Below, piece by piece: positions 51,240 to 60,643 of a DNA stretch of 64,000 nucleotides (position 1 is its first letter; each line of letters starts with the position of its first letter). The position numbers and the translations under genes were made by a program. A model generated the notes under the pieces. That model ran no database searches, was not told where the DNA came from, and worked only from the letters and a program-made list of their open reading frames with translations. Source of the DNA: Candidatus Omnitrophota bacterium (GTDB lineage Bacteria > Omnitrophota > Gorgyraeia > Zapsychrales > Fredricksoniimonadaceae); contig CAIOPG010000007.1 in NCBI GenBank assembly GCA_903860135.1, positions 130,100-194,099 on the forward strand, given 5' to 3'.

Positions 51240-51789
51240 AGTTGAAAAAGGCTTGGCCCTTAAGGTGGACAATGAAATCTGCACGATTGTGGATTTTAAT
51301 CATGTGAAACCCGGTAAGGGCAGTGCTTTTGTGCGTATCAAGCTGCGTTATGTGAAGAGTGGCTTTACCGTTGAGCGCACGTACCGTTCCGCTGAAATGC
51401 TCGAAGATGTCCCGTTGGATGAAAGAAAATTGCAGTATTTGTACAATGCCGACGGGATGTATCATTTCATGGATCAAACCACGTTTGAGGAACAAAGGGT
51501 TTCCAGTGAAGAGCTTGGTGAAAACGTAATAAAGTTCCTGCTGGACAATATGGAAATCAGCGGTTTTGTTTATCAAGACAAGATATTAAAGGTATCGTTG
51601 CCGAACTTTATTATCACCAAGATCCTCGAAACAGAGCCTGGTGTGAAGGGTGATTCGACCAAGTCCAACACCAAACCCGCCAAGATCGAGACGGGTGCAA
51701 CCATCCTCGTGCCGCTGTTCGTGAATGTCGATGAAGAGATCAAGATTGACACACGCAACGGGGAATACGTCGAAAGGGTGAAACGATGA
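51220..51789 (+). CDS. efp: elongation factor P
   Basis: HVKPGKGSAFVR, TEPGVKGD, VPLFV...IDTRNGEYVER; GTG start. Confidence 0.97.
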   Translation: MSITINEVEKGLALKVDNEICTIVDFNHVKPGKGSAFVRIKLRYVKSGFTVERTYRSAEMLEDVPLDERKLQYLYNADGMYHFMDQTTFEEQRVSSEELGENVIKFLLDNMEISGFVYQDKILKVSLPNFIITKILETEPGVKGDSTKSNTKPAKIETGATILVPLFVNVDEEIKIDTRNGEYVERVKR

Positions 51790-52241
51790 ACCTTAAAGAA
51801 CTAAAAGAAATAGTCCAGCTTATGAATGAAAACGGGCTTGCGGAGCTCGAGCTCGAGCGCGAGGGGACGGTCATCAAGCTTAAAAAAACATCGGAACAGA
51901 CCATACAGCCGATGGCTTACAGCATCCCGGCGATCCCGTCGGGCAGGCCGGTAGCAGAGCCTGTTGTGGCGGTTTCTACGCCGCTACCGGCAGGGAATCT
52001 GAAGGATATCAAGTCCCCGATGGTGGGTACGTTTTACCGTGCGCCTTCGCCGGAATCTGCTTTGTTCGTGGAGATCGGTCAGGCGGTCGAGGTCGGGCAG
52101 GTAGTCTGTATTGTCGAAGCCATGAAACTCATGAACGAGATCAAGTCGGATGTCCGCGGAAAGATCGTCGAGCTTTGTGTGGATAATGCAGAGCCTGTCG
52201 AGTTTGGCCAGGTACTTTTTCGCGTGGATCCTGCGCAATAA
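51786..52241 (+). CDS. accB: acetyl-CoA carboxylase biotin carboxyl carrier protein
   Basis: SPMVGTFYRAPSP, EAMKLMNEI. Confidence 0.97.
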   Translation: MNLKELKEIVQLMNENGLAELELEREGTVIKLKKTSEQTIQPMAYSIPAIPSGRPVAEPVVAVSTPLPAGNLKDIKSPMVGTFYRAPSPESALFVEIGQAVEVGQVVCIVEAMKLMNEIKSDVRGKIVELCVDNAEPVEFGQVLFRVDPAQ

Positions 52242-52265
52242 ATCAACCTCCAAAGAGACCTTCCT

Positions 52266-53615
52266 ATGTTCTCCAAGATTCTGATAGCTAACCGCGGAGA
52301 GATCGCCTTGCGTATTATCCGGGCCTGCAAGGAGCTTGGGATATCGACGGTCGCCGTATACTCGGAAGTCGACCGCGACTCCCTCCATGTGCGTTTTGCT
52401 GATGAGGCCGTTTGTATTGGCAAGGCGTCGAGTGCTGAAAGTTATCTGAACATCCCTGCTATTATTTCTGCGGCCGAGATCACGGATGTTGAAGCGATCC
52501 ATCCGGGTTACGGCTTTATGTCCGAGAACGCGCATTTTGCCGAGATCTGCGAATCCTGCAAGATCCAGTTCATCGGACCGACGCCGGAAACGATCCGTAT
52601 GATGGGTGACAAGATCATGGCCAAGGAAACGGCGCGCAAGGCCGGTGTTCCTTTGACACCCGGTGGCAAGGGCATTGTCAAGAGCCCGGAAGAGGCACTG
52701 GAGATCGCCAAGCAGATCAAATATCCTGTTATCATCAAGGCAACGGCGGGTGGCGGCGGCAAAGGGATGCGTGTGTGCCATAATGATGTCACCCTTGTTA
52801 ATTCGCTCAAGATGGCACAGGCAGAAGCCGAAGCGAATTTCAAGAATCCCAATGTTTACATCGAGCGTTATGTCACAGATCCGCGCCATGTTGAATTTCA
52901 GATTCTCGCGGATTATCATGGCAATATCATTCACCTGGGCGAGCGTGATTGCTCGGTTCAGCGGCGCCACCAGAAGTTGATCGAAGAATCACCATCTCCC
53001 GCGTTGAGCGAGAAATTGCGCAAAAAGATGGGCGAGGCGGCAGTCAAGTGCGCCAAGGCGGCCAATTATCGCGGGGTTGGCACCGTTGAATTTCTGCTCG
53101 ACAAGAATGAAGATTTTTTCTTTATGGAGATGAACACGCGTATCCAGGTCGAACATCCGGTTACCGAGATGGTGACAGGGCTTGACTTGATCAAGGAGCA
53201 GATCCGGGCCGCGGCGGGGATCAAGCTGAAACTCAAGCAGGAAGATGTGAAACTTCAGGGTCATTCCATTGAATGCCGTATCAACGCGGAAGACCCGGAT
53301 AACAACTTTGCCCCTTGTCCCGGAAAGATCGAGCAGTTGAATATCCCTGGCGGGCCCGGTGTCCGCGTCGATACGCATATTTATTCCGGTTACAAGATCA
53401 GCCCGTATTATGATTCCATGGTCGCTAAACTTATTGTCTATGGCCGCGACCGTGCCGAGGCGATCCGTATCATGCGCCGCGCGCTCGACGAGTTTTATAT
53501 TTCGCCGATCAAGACAACGATCCCTTTGCACATGCAGATCATGAATGATCCGTCATTTGTGCGCGGAGATATTTCCACGCATTTTCTTGAAAAGATGGCC
53601 AAGAGAGAAAATTAA
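52266..53615 (+). CDS. accC: biotin carboxylase
   Basis: [40 protein letters not shown]. Confidence 0.98.
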   Translation: MFSKILIANRGEIALRIIRACKELGISTVAVYSEVDRDSLHVRFADEAVCIGKASSAESYLNIPAIISAAEITDVEAIHPGYGFMSENAHFAEICESCKIQFIGPTPETIRMMGDKIMAKETARKAGVPLTPGGKGIVKSPEEALEIAKQIKYPVIIKATAGGGGKGMRVCHNDVTLVNSLKMAQAEAEANFKNPNVYIERYVTDPRHVEFQILADYHGNIIHLGERDCSVQRRHQKLIEESPSPALSEKLRKKMGEAAVKCAKAANYRGVGTVEFLLDKNEDFFFMEMNTRIQVEHPVTEMVTGLDLIKEQIRAAAGIKLKLKQEDVKLQGHSIECRINAEDPDNNFAPCPGKIEQLNIPGGPGVRVDTHIYSGYKISPYYDSMVAKLIVYGRDRAEAIRIMRRALDEFYISPIKTTIPLHMQIMNDPSFVRGDISTHFLEKMAKREN

Positions 53616-53674
53616 ACGCGTGTTGATGGTTTGAGCCGTTCTATGGGCACATCATTTGGGTGAGGAGGGGAAAG

Positions 53675-54025
53675 ATGAGACCGGAAAGTGAGATCGATCT
53701 GGGGGTCATCCAGGTGCACAAGCGGGTGATCGCTGATATTTGCACCGCAGCCATTCTTGAGATCGACGGTGTGGTCATGTGCCGTCAGGCTTTTCTTGAG
53801 GATATTTACGGGCTGTGCGGTAAACACAAAAATTCTGCTGTGGATGTCCGTGTGGATGTGACCGGTCATGTCAGTGTTGTTGTTAGGGTTCTGGTGCGTT
53901 ACGGGCTTAACCTGGCGGATGTTTCACGCCGCATCCAGGATGCGGTCATGACAGCGGTAGAAAAAATGGCTGATATTAATCTCAGGGACGTTGATGTGAA
54001 CATCCAGGGCATTGAAAGGGGTTAA
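53675..54025 (+). CDS. Asp23/Gls24 family protein
   Basis: LGVIQVHKRVIADI...YGLNLADVSRRIQDAVMTAVEKM...VDVNIQGI; follows accC. Confidence 0.8.
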   Translation: MRPESEIDLGVIQVHKRVIADICTAAILEIDGVVMCRQAFLEDIYGLCGKHKNSAVDVRVDVTGHVSVVVRVLVRYGLNLADVSRRIQDAVMTAVEKMADINLRDVDVNIQGIERG

Positions 54026-54028
54026 TGT

Positions 54029-54631
54029 ATGCGGCTTTTTATCCGGTTGGCGATCTTCTTTTATATTGTTGTGATCTGTGTTGTTGCGTTAACGGCATTG
54101 CTTGTTCTGGCACATGCGGTTGATTTTAATCAGTACCTTGATTTCTTGGAATTCATTTATTTGGGCGGAAAAGTCAGAATGATTTCTATTGGCATTGTAA
54201 CCGTTACAATGTTGCTGGGGATAGCGTTTGCGCTTATTATTTATGCCGGTCAGGAAAAGGAAAGCATCATACATTTTGATAATCCTTTAGGCCGGGTAAC
54301 CATTTCTCTTGCGGCTTTGGAAGATCTGATCCGCCGGCTGGGCGTGCATATGCCCCAGGTCAAGGAGATCCGGCCGGACATTGTGGCGACGAAAAAGGGG
54401 CTCGATATTGATATCCGGCTGGTGTTGAGTTCCGTCGGGAATATTCCTGAAATGACCGCCAATATGCAGGATATCATCAAGCGCCGGATCCAGGATGTGA
54501 TCGGCAGTGAAGAGCGTATCAATATCCGTGTTCATGTTGTCAAGATCGCACCTGAAAACTCCGCCCGGACATCCGGTCGTGCTGATGATGAGGTTGTGAG
54601 TCCGCTGCCCTTCCATGGTTACAGGAGTTGA
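54029..54631 (+). CDS. AmaP-like alkaline shock membrane anchor protein
   Basis: Two N-terminal TM helices, then GRVTISLAALEDLI...NIPE...IRVHVVKI; adjacent to asp23. Confidence 0.7.
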   Translation: MRLFIRLAIFFYIVVICVVALTALLVLAHAVDFNQYLDFLEFIYLGGKVRMISIGIVTVTMLLGIAFALIIYAGQEKESIIHFDNPLGRVTISLAALEDLIRRLGVHMPQVKEIRPDIVATKKGLDIDIRLVLSSVGNIPEMTANMQDIIKRRIQDVIGSEERINIRVHVVKIAPENSARTSGRADDEVVSPLPFHGYRS

Positions 54632-54632
54632 C

Positions 54633-55652
54633 ATGAAAAAGATCGGGATACTTACCGGCGGGGCTGATTGCCCCGGGCTTAATGCGGTGATCCGTGCCGT
54701 TGTTTATAAGGGGATGCAGGAGGGCTACGTCATCACCGGCATCAAGAACGGCTGGCAGGGGCTGATCGACAATGATGCGCGGGTGCTGGATGCGCGCGCT
54801 GTATTTGGCATATTAGATCGCGGCGGCACGATCTTGGGCACCAGCCGTGTTGATCCTTTTGAAAATCCCGAAGGTGTCGAGAAGATCCGTGAAAATTACA
54901 AGCGTAATGGCATGGATGCGGTTATCGCTGTCGGCGGAGAGGTGACACTGGGCATCGCACTTCAGCTTCAGAAGCAGGGGGTTATCAAGGTTGTAGGCAT
55001 TCCCAAGTCTATCGACAATGCTCTTTCAGGTACAGATTATGCGTTCGGATTTGACACGGCGGTCCAGATCGCTACGGAACAGATCGACCGGCTGCACACG
55101 ACCGCGGAAAGCCATCACCGCATCATGGTCATCGAGGTCATGGGCCAGCACACCGGCTGGATCGCTGTTGAGGCCGGACTTGCCGGCGGAGCTGATGTTA
55201 TTCTCATTCCCGAGATCCCTGTGGATATTGCCAGTGTCTGTGAAGCTATCCGTAACCGGCATCGCCGGGGGAAATCTTTTTCGATCGTTGTTGTAGCCGA
55301 AGGCGCGCGCATTGATGTCCCGGGAGTTGTTGTGGAAGGGCCGGAAAAGCGCCGGTTCGGAAGCGTGGGGGAGCGTTTGGCCAAGGCGATCGAAGATATG
55401 ACCGGCTATGAAACGCGTGTTAGTGTTTTGGGGTATATTCAGCGTGGGGGCTCACCGACAGCGTTCGACCGCATTCTGGGCACACGCTTCGGTGTCAAGG
55501 CGGTTGAGCTTGTTAAGCAAGGCAAATTTGGGCAGATGGTCAGTTATCAGAACAACAAGATATGTTCGGTGGATATGGAGATCCCGGTAGCCAAGCGCAA
55601 GTTTGTGGATATGGATCTTTATCAGATCGCTAAAGTCTTTTGTGCGGAGTAG
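54633..55652 (+). CDS. pfkA: PfkA-family phosphofructokinase with substituted active-site residues
   Basis: ILTGGADCPGLNAVIR, GGTILGTSR, FGFDTA, TTAESHHR, QRGGSPTAFDR; variants GGEVT, PKSIDNA, MGQH, GYIQR. Confidence 0.85.
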   Translation: MKKIGILTGGADCPGLNAVIRAVVYKGMQEGYVITGIKNGWQGLIDNDARVLDARAVFGILDRGGTILGTSRVDPFENPEGVEKIRENYKRNGMDAVIAVGGEVTLGIALQLQKQGVIKVVGIPKSIDNALSGTDYAFGFDTAVQIATEQIDRLHTTAESHHRIMVIEVMGQHTGWIAVEAGLAGGADVILIPEIPVDIASVCEAIRNRHRRGKSFSIVVVAEGARIDVPGVVVEGPEKRRFGSVGERLAKAIEDMTGYETRVSVLGYIQRGGSPTAFDRILGTRFGVKAVELVKQGKFGQMVSYQNNKICSVDMEIPVAKRKFVDMDLYQIAKVFCAE

Positions 55653-55657
55653 ATGCT

Positions 55658-56227
55658 GTGCAGGATAGAATTCGTTCGATCATAGAAAGCTCGATGGCGG
55701 TGCAACAGCAGGCGATGGAGCGCAACGTGGCCGTGATCGAGAAGATCGCCAAGACCAGCATCAGCTGTCTTAAAAATGGCGGAACGCTTTTCTTTTTTGG
55801 TAACGGCGGTTCTGCGGCTGATAGTCAGCATGTGGCGGCTGAATTTATTGGACGTTTTCAAAAGGAACGCCGGGCTCTGGCGGCTATGGCGTTAACCACA
55901 GACACATCTGTTTTAACCTGCTTGGCCAATGATTACAGCTATGATATTGTTTTTTCCCGTCAGCTGGAAGCTTATGGTAAAAAGGGTGATATGGCTTTTG
56001 GCATATCGACCAGCGGCAAGTCTCCCAATGTTCTTAAAGCCTTCGCGGCCGCCAAGGCCATGGGGATTACGCGCGTTGCTTTCACCGGAGGGGATGGTGG
56101 CTCGGCGGCTATCGCGGCAGACATGAGCATTATCGTTCCTTCTAAGGTGACGGCGCGTATCCAAGAAGCCCACATCACAATTTTTCACGCCATTTGCGAG
56201 GTCGTGGAAGATGCCTTTGTCGCATGA
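55658..56227 (+). CDS. gmhA: phosphoheptose (sedoheptulose-7-phosphate) isomerase
   Basis: GNGGSAADSQHVAAE, ANDYSY, ISTSGKSPNV, TARIQEAH; GTG start after GGAG. Confidence 0.95.
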   Translation: MQDRIRSIIESSMAVQQQAMERNVAVIEKIAKTSISCLKNGGTLFFFGNGGSAADSQHVAAEFIGRFQKERRALAAMALTTDTSVLTCLANDYSYDIVFSRQLEAYGKKGDMAFGISTSGKSPNVLKAFAAAKAMGITRVAFTGGDGGSAAIAADMSIIVPSKVTARIQEAHITIFHAICEVVEDAFVA

Positions 56228-56715
56228 CCACACGGCATAAAGTTCTAAAGCTGTCCGCCCTCTCTCGCAAATTAACTGCTTTGCGCCGTGAGGGCCGCGT
56301 CATTGCTTTTACCAACGGTTGTTTTGATATTTTGCATTACGGGCATGTCAGTTATCTGGAAGCGGCCAAAAGAAAAGATCGTATCCTTGTTGTCGGGATG
56401 AACAGTGATGCGTCTGTACGGGGCCTAAAAGGACCGGAGCGTCCGATTGTTCCTCAGGATCAGCGTGCGGCGGTCTTGGCTGGCTTGGCCTGTGTGGATT
56501 TCGTTGTCCTCTTTGAGGATCCTACACCTTATGCCCTTATCAAGGCCATCGGGCCGGACATCCTCCTTAAAGGCGCTGACTGGAAGGGCAAGGAAGTGGC
56601 CGGAAGCGATGTTGTCAAAGCCCGGGGTGGGCGTGTCGAGTTTGTGACTTTTGTTGCGCGGCTTTCGACGACGAATATTGTTGAGAAGATCCGTCAACAG
56701 TACCGTGCTGTATGA
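56224..56715 (+). CDS. hldC: D-glycero-beta-D-manno-heptose 1-phosphate adenylyltransferase (stand-alone RfaE domain II)
   Basis: FTNGCFDILHYGHV, NSDASVRGLKGPERP, KGADW, STTNIV. Confidence 0.92.
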   Translation: MTTRHKVLKLSALSRKLTALRREGRVIAFTNGCFDILHYGHVSYLEAAKRKDRILVVGMNSDASVRGLKGPERPIVPQDQRAAVLAGLACVDFVVLFEDPTPYALIKAIGPDILLKGADWKGKEVAGSDVVKARGGRVEFVTFVARLSTTNIVEKIRQQYRAV

Positions 56716-57137
56716 GTGACGCCAAGGTCAGGCGTCTGGTTGACGCCAATTATAATCGTGCCAAAGAAGGCCTGCGGGTTTGCGAGGACGTTTTTCGTTT
56801 CATTTGTGATGATGGTGCGGTGACGGCCCATTTGAAAGAAGTGCGTCACGGGTTAACCTCTGCGGCAAATTTCTTCGGATTCAAGGATGTTTTGGCCGCG
56901 CGAGATATTGTCAGGGATGTGGGGCGGGCGACCATGGCACGCGAGTCTGTGCGCGACAGCGTTGAGGACATCTTTTTTGCCAATATCCAGCGGGTGAAAG
57001 AATCGCTCCGGGTGCTTGAAGAATTTTCGAAGCTGAATAACGCGCAGTCAGCGATCGCGTTCAAGGAATTGCGGTATACCGTCTATGAAATCGAAAAAGA
57101 TGCGCTTGAAAGATTCCAGTCTTTACCTTGTCCTTGA
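56712..57137 (+). CDS. ThiD2-like protein (N-terminal domain of long ThiE proteins)
   Basis: RRLVDANYNRAKEGLRVCED...RDVG...ANIQRVKESLRVLEEFSK...LRYTVYEIEK. Confidence 0.8.
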   Translation: MSDAKVRRLVDANYNRAKEGLRVCEDVFRFICDDGAVTAHLKEVRHGLTSAANFFGFKDVLAARDIVRDVGRATMARESVRDSVEDIFFANIQRVKESLRVLEEFSKLNNAQSAIAFKELRYTVYEIEKDALERFQSLPCP

Positions 57138-57726
57138 TACGGGCGTTTGTGATTATCCGAAGCTCTGGGAGGTTTTTCAGGCTGGGGTCAACAACGGGGT
57201 TGACATTGTACAGCTTCGTGATAAATTGGGGAATGTTCCGCAAGCGCTGGAATTCACCCGGCGTGCCCGGTGTTATTTGAAAAAGGCTGTACCTTTCATT
57301 GTGAATGACCGTGCCGATCTGGCGTATGCTGGCGGGGCTTGCGGTGTTCACGTTGGTCAGGATGATCTTCCGGTGGCGGCGGCAAGAAAAATGTTGCCGC
57401 GTTCTTTTTTGGTTGGGAAATCCTGTCAGACTTTGGCGCATCTGCAAGAAGCTGAGCGCGAAGGTGCTGATTACGCCGGATTTGGTTCGGTGTTCAAGAC
57501 CAAAACCAAGCCAGAGAGGCTGCCGATGGATCTGGGGTTCCTCCGTGAGGTAGCCGGCGCGGCGCGGTTACCGGTATTTGCCATCGGGGGTATTACGATC
57601 GACAACATTGATCTTGTGTTGGCTCAGGGTATTAAGCGGGTGGCGGTTTGTCGCGCGATCCTTTTGGCGCGCGATCCGGCACAAATTGTCAGGGAATTCA
57701 AGAAAGCCTTGATGGTTGAGCGTTGA
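57085..57726 (+). CDS. thiE: thiamine-phosphate synthase
   Basis: VQLRDK, IVNDRADLA, GVHVGQDD, FKTKTKP, FAIGGI; start 57085 or 57100. Confidence 0.93.
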   Translation: MKSKKMRLKDSSLYLVLDTGVCDYPKLWEVFQAGVNNGVDIVQLRDKLGNVPQALEFTRRARCYLKKAVPFIVNDRADLAYAGGACGVHVGQDDLPVAAARKMLPRSFLVGKSCQTLAHLQEAEREGADYAGFGSVFKTKTKPERLPMDLGFLREVAGAARLPVFAIGGITIDNIDLVLAQGIKRVAVCRAILLARDPAQIVREFKKALMVER

Positions 57727-57739
57727 TAATGATATTTAT

Positions 57740-57813
<74 letters not shown>

Positions 57814-57821
57814 ATTTTAAA

Positions 57822-58502
57822 ATGGTCTTTAATATCCTAAAAATACTTGGGCATATTTTTTGTTTCGGAGCCGTCTTGATGCTGACGGGTTGCGCGGCGC
57901 ATAAATTATCGCCGCCGGGTGTTCCCCCAATACTTGTAGAAAAGAAAAGTATCCAGCATAAGGTTCGCAAAGGTGAGACGCTGTGGCGTATCGCCAAAAC
58001 GTACAAGGTGCCTGTTGAGGATATTACTCTTGCCAATGGCATTCCCAATGCCGCTTCCATCGAAGAGAATCAGCTTATATATATTCCGGGAGCCGACCGT
58101 ATCCTTGAGGTTCCTGTTCCCGCGCCTGCGGATAATGATGCCGATTATGCCTGGCCTATCAAAGGGAAGGTAATAGCGTATTTTCAAGAACGCAAAGGGC
58201 TGGGGGTTAACGATGGCATTGATGTGAGTGCGGTCGAGGGCGAGTTTGTGAAGGCGGCGCGTTCGGGGCGTGTGGTCTTTGCGGATCATTTGCCGGGGTA
58301 TGGCGCCACGGTCATCCTTGATCATGGGGATGGCTTCTCGACGGTATACGGGCACAATGCCAGGATCACGGTCAATCTTGGCGATGCCGTTTCCCGGGGC
58401 GACAAGATTGCTCAGGTCGCGCGTGAGGGGGATTCGGTGTATGTTCATTTTGAAGTGCGTAAAGGGGAGAAGGCAACAAACCCCCTGTACTATCTGCCAT
58501 AA
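57822..58502 (+). CDS. NlpD-like lipoprotein (LysM + degenerate M23 domain)
   Basis: Lipobox LTGC, LysM HKVRKGETLWRIAKTY, M23 region NDGID / YVHFEVR lacking the full set of Zn ligands. Confidence 0.85.
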   Translation: MVFNILKILGHIFCFGAVLMLTGCAAHKLSPPGVPPILVEKKSIQHKVRKGETLWRIAKTYKVPVEDITLANGIPNAASIEENQLIYIPGADRILEVPVPAPADNDADYAWPIKGKVIAYFQERKGLGVNDGIDVSAVEGEFVKAARSGRVVFADHLPGYGATVILDHGDGFSTVYGHNARITVNLGDAVSRGDKIAQVAREGDSVYVHFEVRKGEKATNPLYYLP

Positions 58503-58541
58503 GTTTTCTGAGGGAGAAGGTTTTTCAACCGGAGTTTATTT

Positions 58542-60161
58542 ATGGATCATTTTTGCGGCAGGAAAGATGTTCTGGATCTTATTTGCAAGCGCGTCAGCGG
58601 CTTGAAAGAGGGGTACCGCCAGAATCTGGCTTTGGTGGGCAGCCGGCATATCGGCAAAAGTTCCATTCTTCTGAAATTTCTCAATGACTTCGACGATTGC
58701 GGGGTCGTTCCGGTGTATCTTGACCTGGAAGGTCGGGATCTTCATTATTTTGTATCCAAGACAGCGCGGAGTATTCTTTTTCGTTATGCCAAAATGCGCG
58801 GCATTACCGTAGAAGATGACCTTGCTTCATTGGTTCGGAGTGTGCGCACGCATATTCCGCGCACGGCTGACGGCGCGCTGGCGGCGATGGATTTTCTTGA
58901 AAAAGGCAAGATGGAAGAGGGCTACAAGGCGGTTCTTTTGTTGCCGGATATCCTTGCCCAGGAAGCCGGCCTTGCCTGTGTTTTTATTCTTGAGGAATTT
59001 CATGAGATCGATGCGTTTGGCGTTAATGAGGCGTTCGGGATCCTGGCCGACGTGATAACGACCCAAAAGGGATGCCTTTTTATTATTACAAGTTCTTGTG
59101 AGGATGCGGCCAGAAGAATTCTGGCGGACAAGCTGACCCTTTTGTTTGGGAATTTTGAGATCGTGATGGTCACCCCTTTTGATCTGAAGGCCAGCCATCA
59201 TTTCATTGAATGCCGGATGGCTGATGTGAGGATGGGGCTTCATTTACGTAATTTTCTTGCTGATTTTACCGGCGGGCGCCCGTTGTACCTCGACCTGCTT
59301 ATGCGTGAGCTTATCAATCTCGGAGCTATTTATAAACAGCAGGAAATTTATGTCCCGCTGGTTGTTCAGGCGGTTGAGAACCTCGTCTTTAGCCGCTGGG
59401 GTGCTTTAAGCCGGCACTTTGAGCTCATGGTCGATCATCTGTGTGCTGTCCGCGCCAATCGTGCGGCGGTGGATGTGCTTTTTGCCCTGGCCAATGGGGT
59501 ACACAAGATCAACGATATGGTGGTTTTGCTGGGGGCCAAACGGGGGCATGTTATCAAGAAATTGAATGAATTGGTGGCACAGGATGTGGTAGAGCGCAAT
59601 GGGACGTATTTCTTGATTAAGGACAAGCTTTTCCGTTATTGGATCAAATATGTGCTTCAGCGTCGTGTAAGATCGGTGGACATGGAACCGTTTGCCCAAA
59701 TCAGGCCGTTCAAAGATGAGGTTAACCGCGCGATCAATGATTTTCTGGCGACATCACGTAAGGATTTTTCTGCCCGGATGACGGAGCTTGTACGGTGTTT
59801 TGAAAATGAAGTGCTGACACTCAGGGGGAATCTTTATAAACTGCCTGTCTTTAGGGATGTCAAGGCGCTCAAGATCAAAAGCCGCGGAGGGAATAGTTTT
59901 GATGCCCTTGAGGCGCAGAGTGAGGATGGTCCATGGCTGCTGGTCTTGCGCAAAGACCGGGTTGCCGAGGGAGACATTCACGCGGTGGCCGAGGAGGCCC
60001 GCAAAATGGGCATTCATTCCCGGCGGTGCGTGATCGTTTCACTGGCAGAGCTTGAGGACAGCGCGCGGTTAAGGGCACTTGAAGAGCGTATGTGGATATG
60101 GAATGAAGCGGAGCTTAATTCGCTGACGAATCTCTATGATAAACCCTATATCGTGCCATGA
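58542..60161 (+). CDS. archaeal-type (ATPase_2-like) P-loop ATPase with winged helix and restriction-endonuclease-like C-terminal region
   Basis: FCGRKD, Walker A GSRHIGKSS, Walker B variant FILEEFH, FTGGRPLYL, Y.IKDKLFRYW; C-terminal fold inferred. Confidence 0.7.
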   Translation: MDHFCGRKDVLDLICKRVSGLKEGYRQNLALVGSRHIGKSSILLKFLNDFDDCGVVPVYLDLEGRDLHYFVSKTARSILFRYAKMRGITVEDDLASLVRSVRTHIPRTADGALAAMDFLEKGKMEEGYKAVLLLPDILAQEAGLACVFILEEFHEIDAFGVNEAFGILADVITTQKGCLFIITSSCEDAARRILADKLTLLFGNFEIVMVTPFDLKASHHFIECRMADVRMGLHLRNFLADFTGGRPLYLDLLMRELINLGAIYKQQEIYVPLVVQAVENLVFSRWGALSRHFELMVDHLCAVRANRAAVDVLFALANGVHKINDMVVLLGAKRGHVIKKLNELVAQDVVERNGTYFLIKDKLFRYWIKYVLQRRVRSVDMEPFAQIRPFKDEVNRAINDFLATSRKDFSARMTELVRCFENEVLTLRGNLYKLPVFRDVKALKIKSRGGNSFDALEAQSEDGPWLLVLRKDRVAEGDIHAVAEEARKMGIHSRRCVIVSLAELEDSARLRALEERMWIWNEAELNSLTNLYDKPYIVP

Positions 60162-60643
60162 AGATCATAGTTCTCGCCGACACTCATTCCCGTCCGTTGC
60201 CCGGTCAGTTGATAGCGGATATGGAGCGTGCTGATATGATCGTTCATGCGGGGGATTTTTGTGAAGCGGATGTGTATTTCCGCCTTAAGAAGATCAAGGG
60301 GATACGCGCTGTTTATGGCAATATGGACAGTGTTGCGTTGCGGGGGATTTTGCCGCAACGCGATGTTTTTGAGTGCGGCGGGGTGAAGTTCGGCCTGGCG
60401 CACGGCGAAGGCAGTTACGACATGATCATCCCGCGTCTTGAAGAAAGCTTCAAAGGGCAGGGTCTGCAGGTCGTGGTCTTTGGGCATTCACATGTGCCGT
60501 TCAACGCGCAGGTGGGGGGCATCCTTTTCTTTAATCCGGGCAGTCCGACGGATACGGTGCGTTCGCCCTATTTATCATACGGCGTGATCGAGGCGTCGGA
60601 GGGGAAGGTCAAGGCCAGGATTGTTAAGATAATAAGTTCATGA
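60158..60643 (+). CDS. YfcE/MJ0936-family metallophosphoesterase
   Basis: LADTH, HAGD, VYGNMD, AHG, FGHSH, NPGSP. Confidence 0.92.
   Translation: MKIIVLADTHSRPLPGQLIADMERADMIVHAGDFCEADVYFRLKKIKGIRAVYGNMDSVALRGILPQRDVFECGGVKFGLAHGEGSYDMIIPRLEESFKGQGLQVVVFGHSHVPFNAQVGGILFFNPGSPTDTVRSPYLSYGVIEASEGKVKARIVKIISS

Noticed and set aside
51984-52970. 328-aa minus-strand ORF
   Set aside because: Antisense shadow of accB/accC with no recognisable motif; expected from codon bias of the sense genes
57822-58502. Loss of Zn ligands in the M23 domain as a novelty
   Set aside because: This is the known NlpD/EnvC-type amidase-activator state
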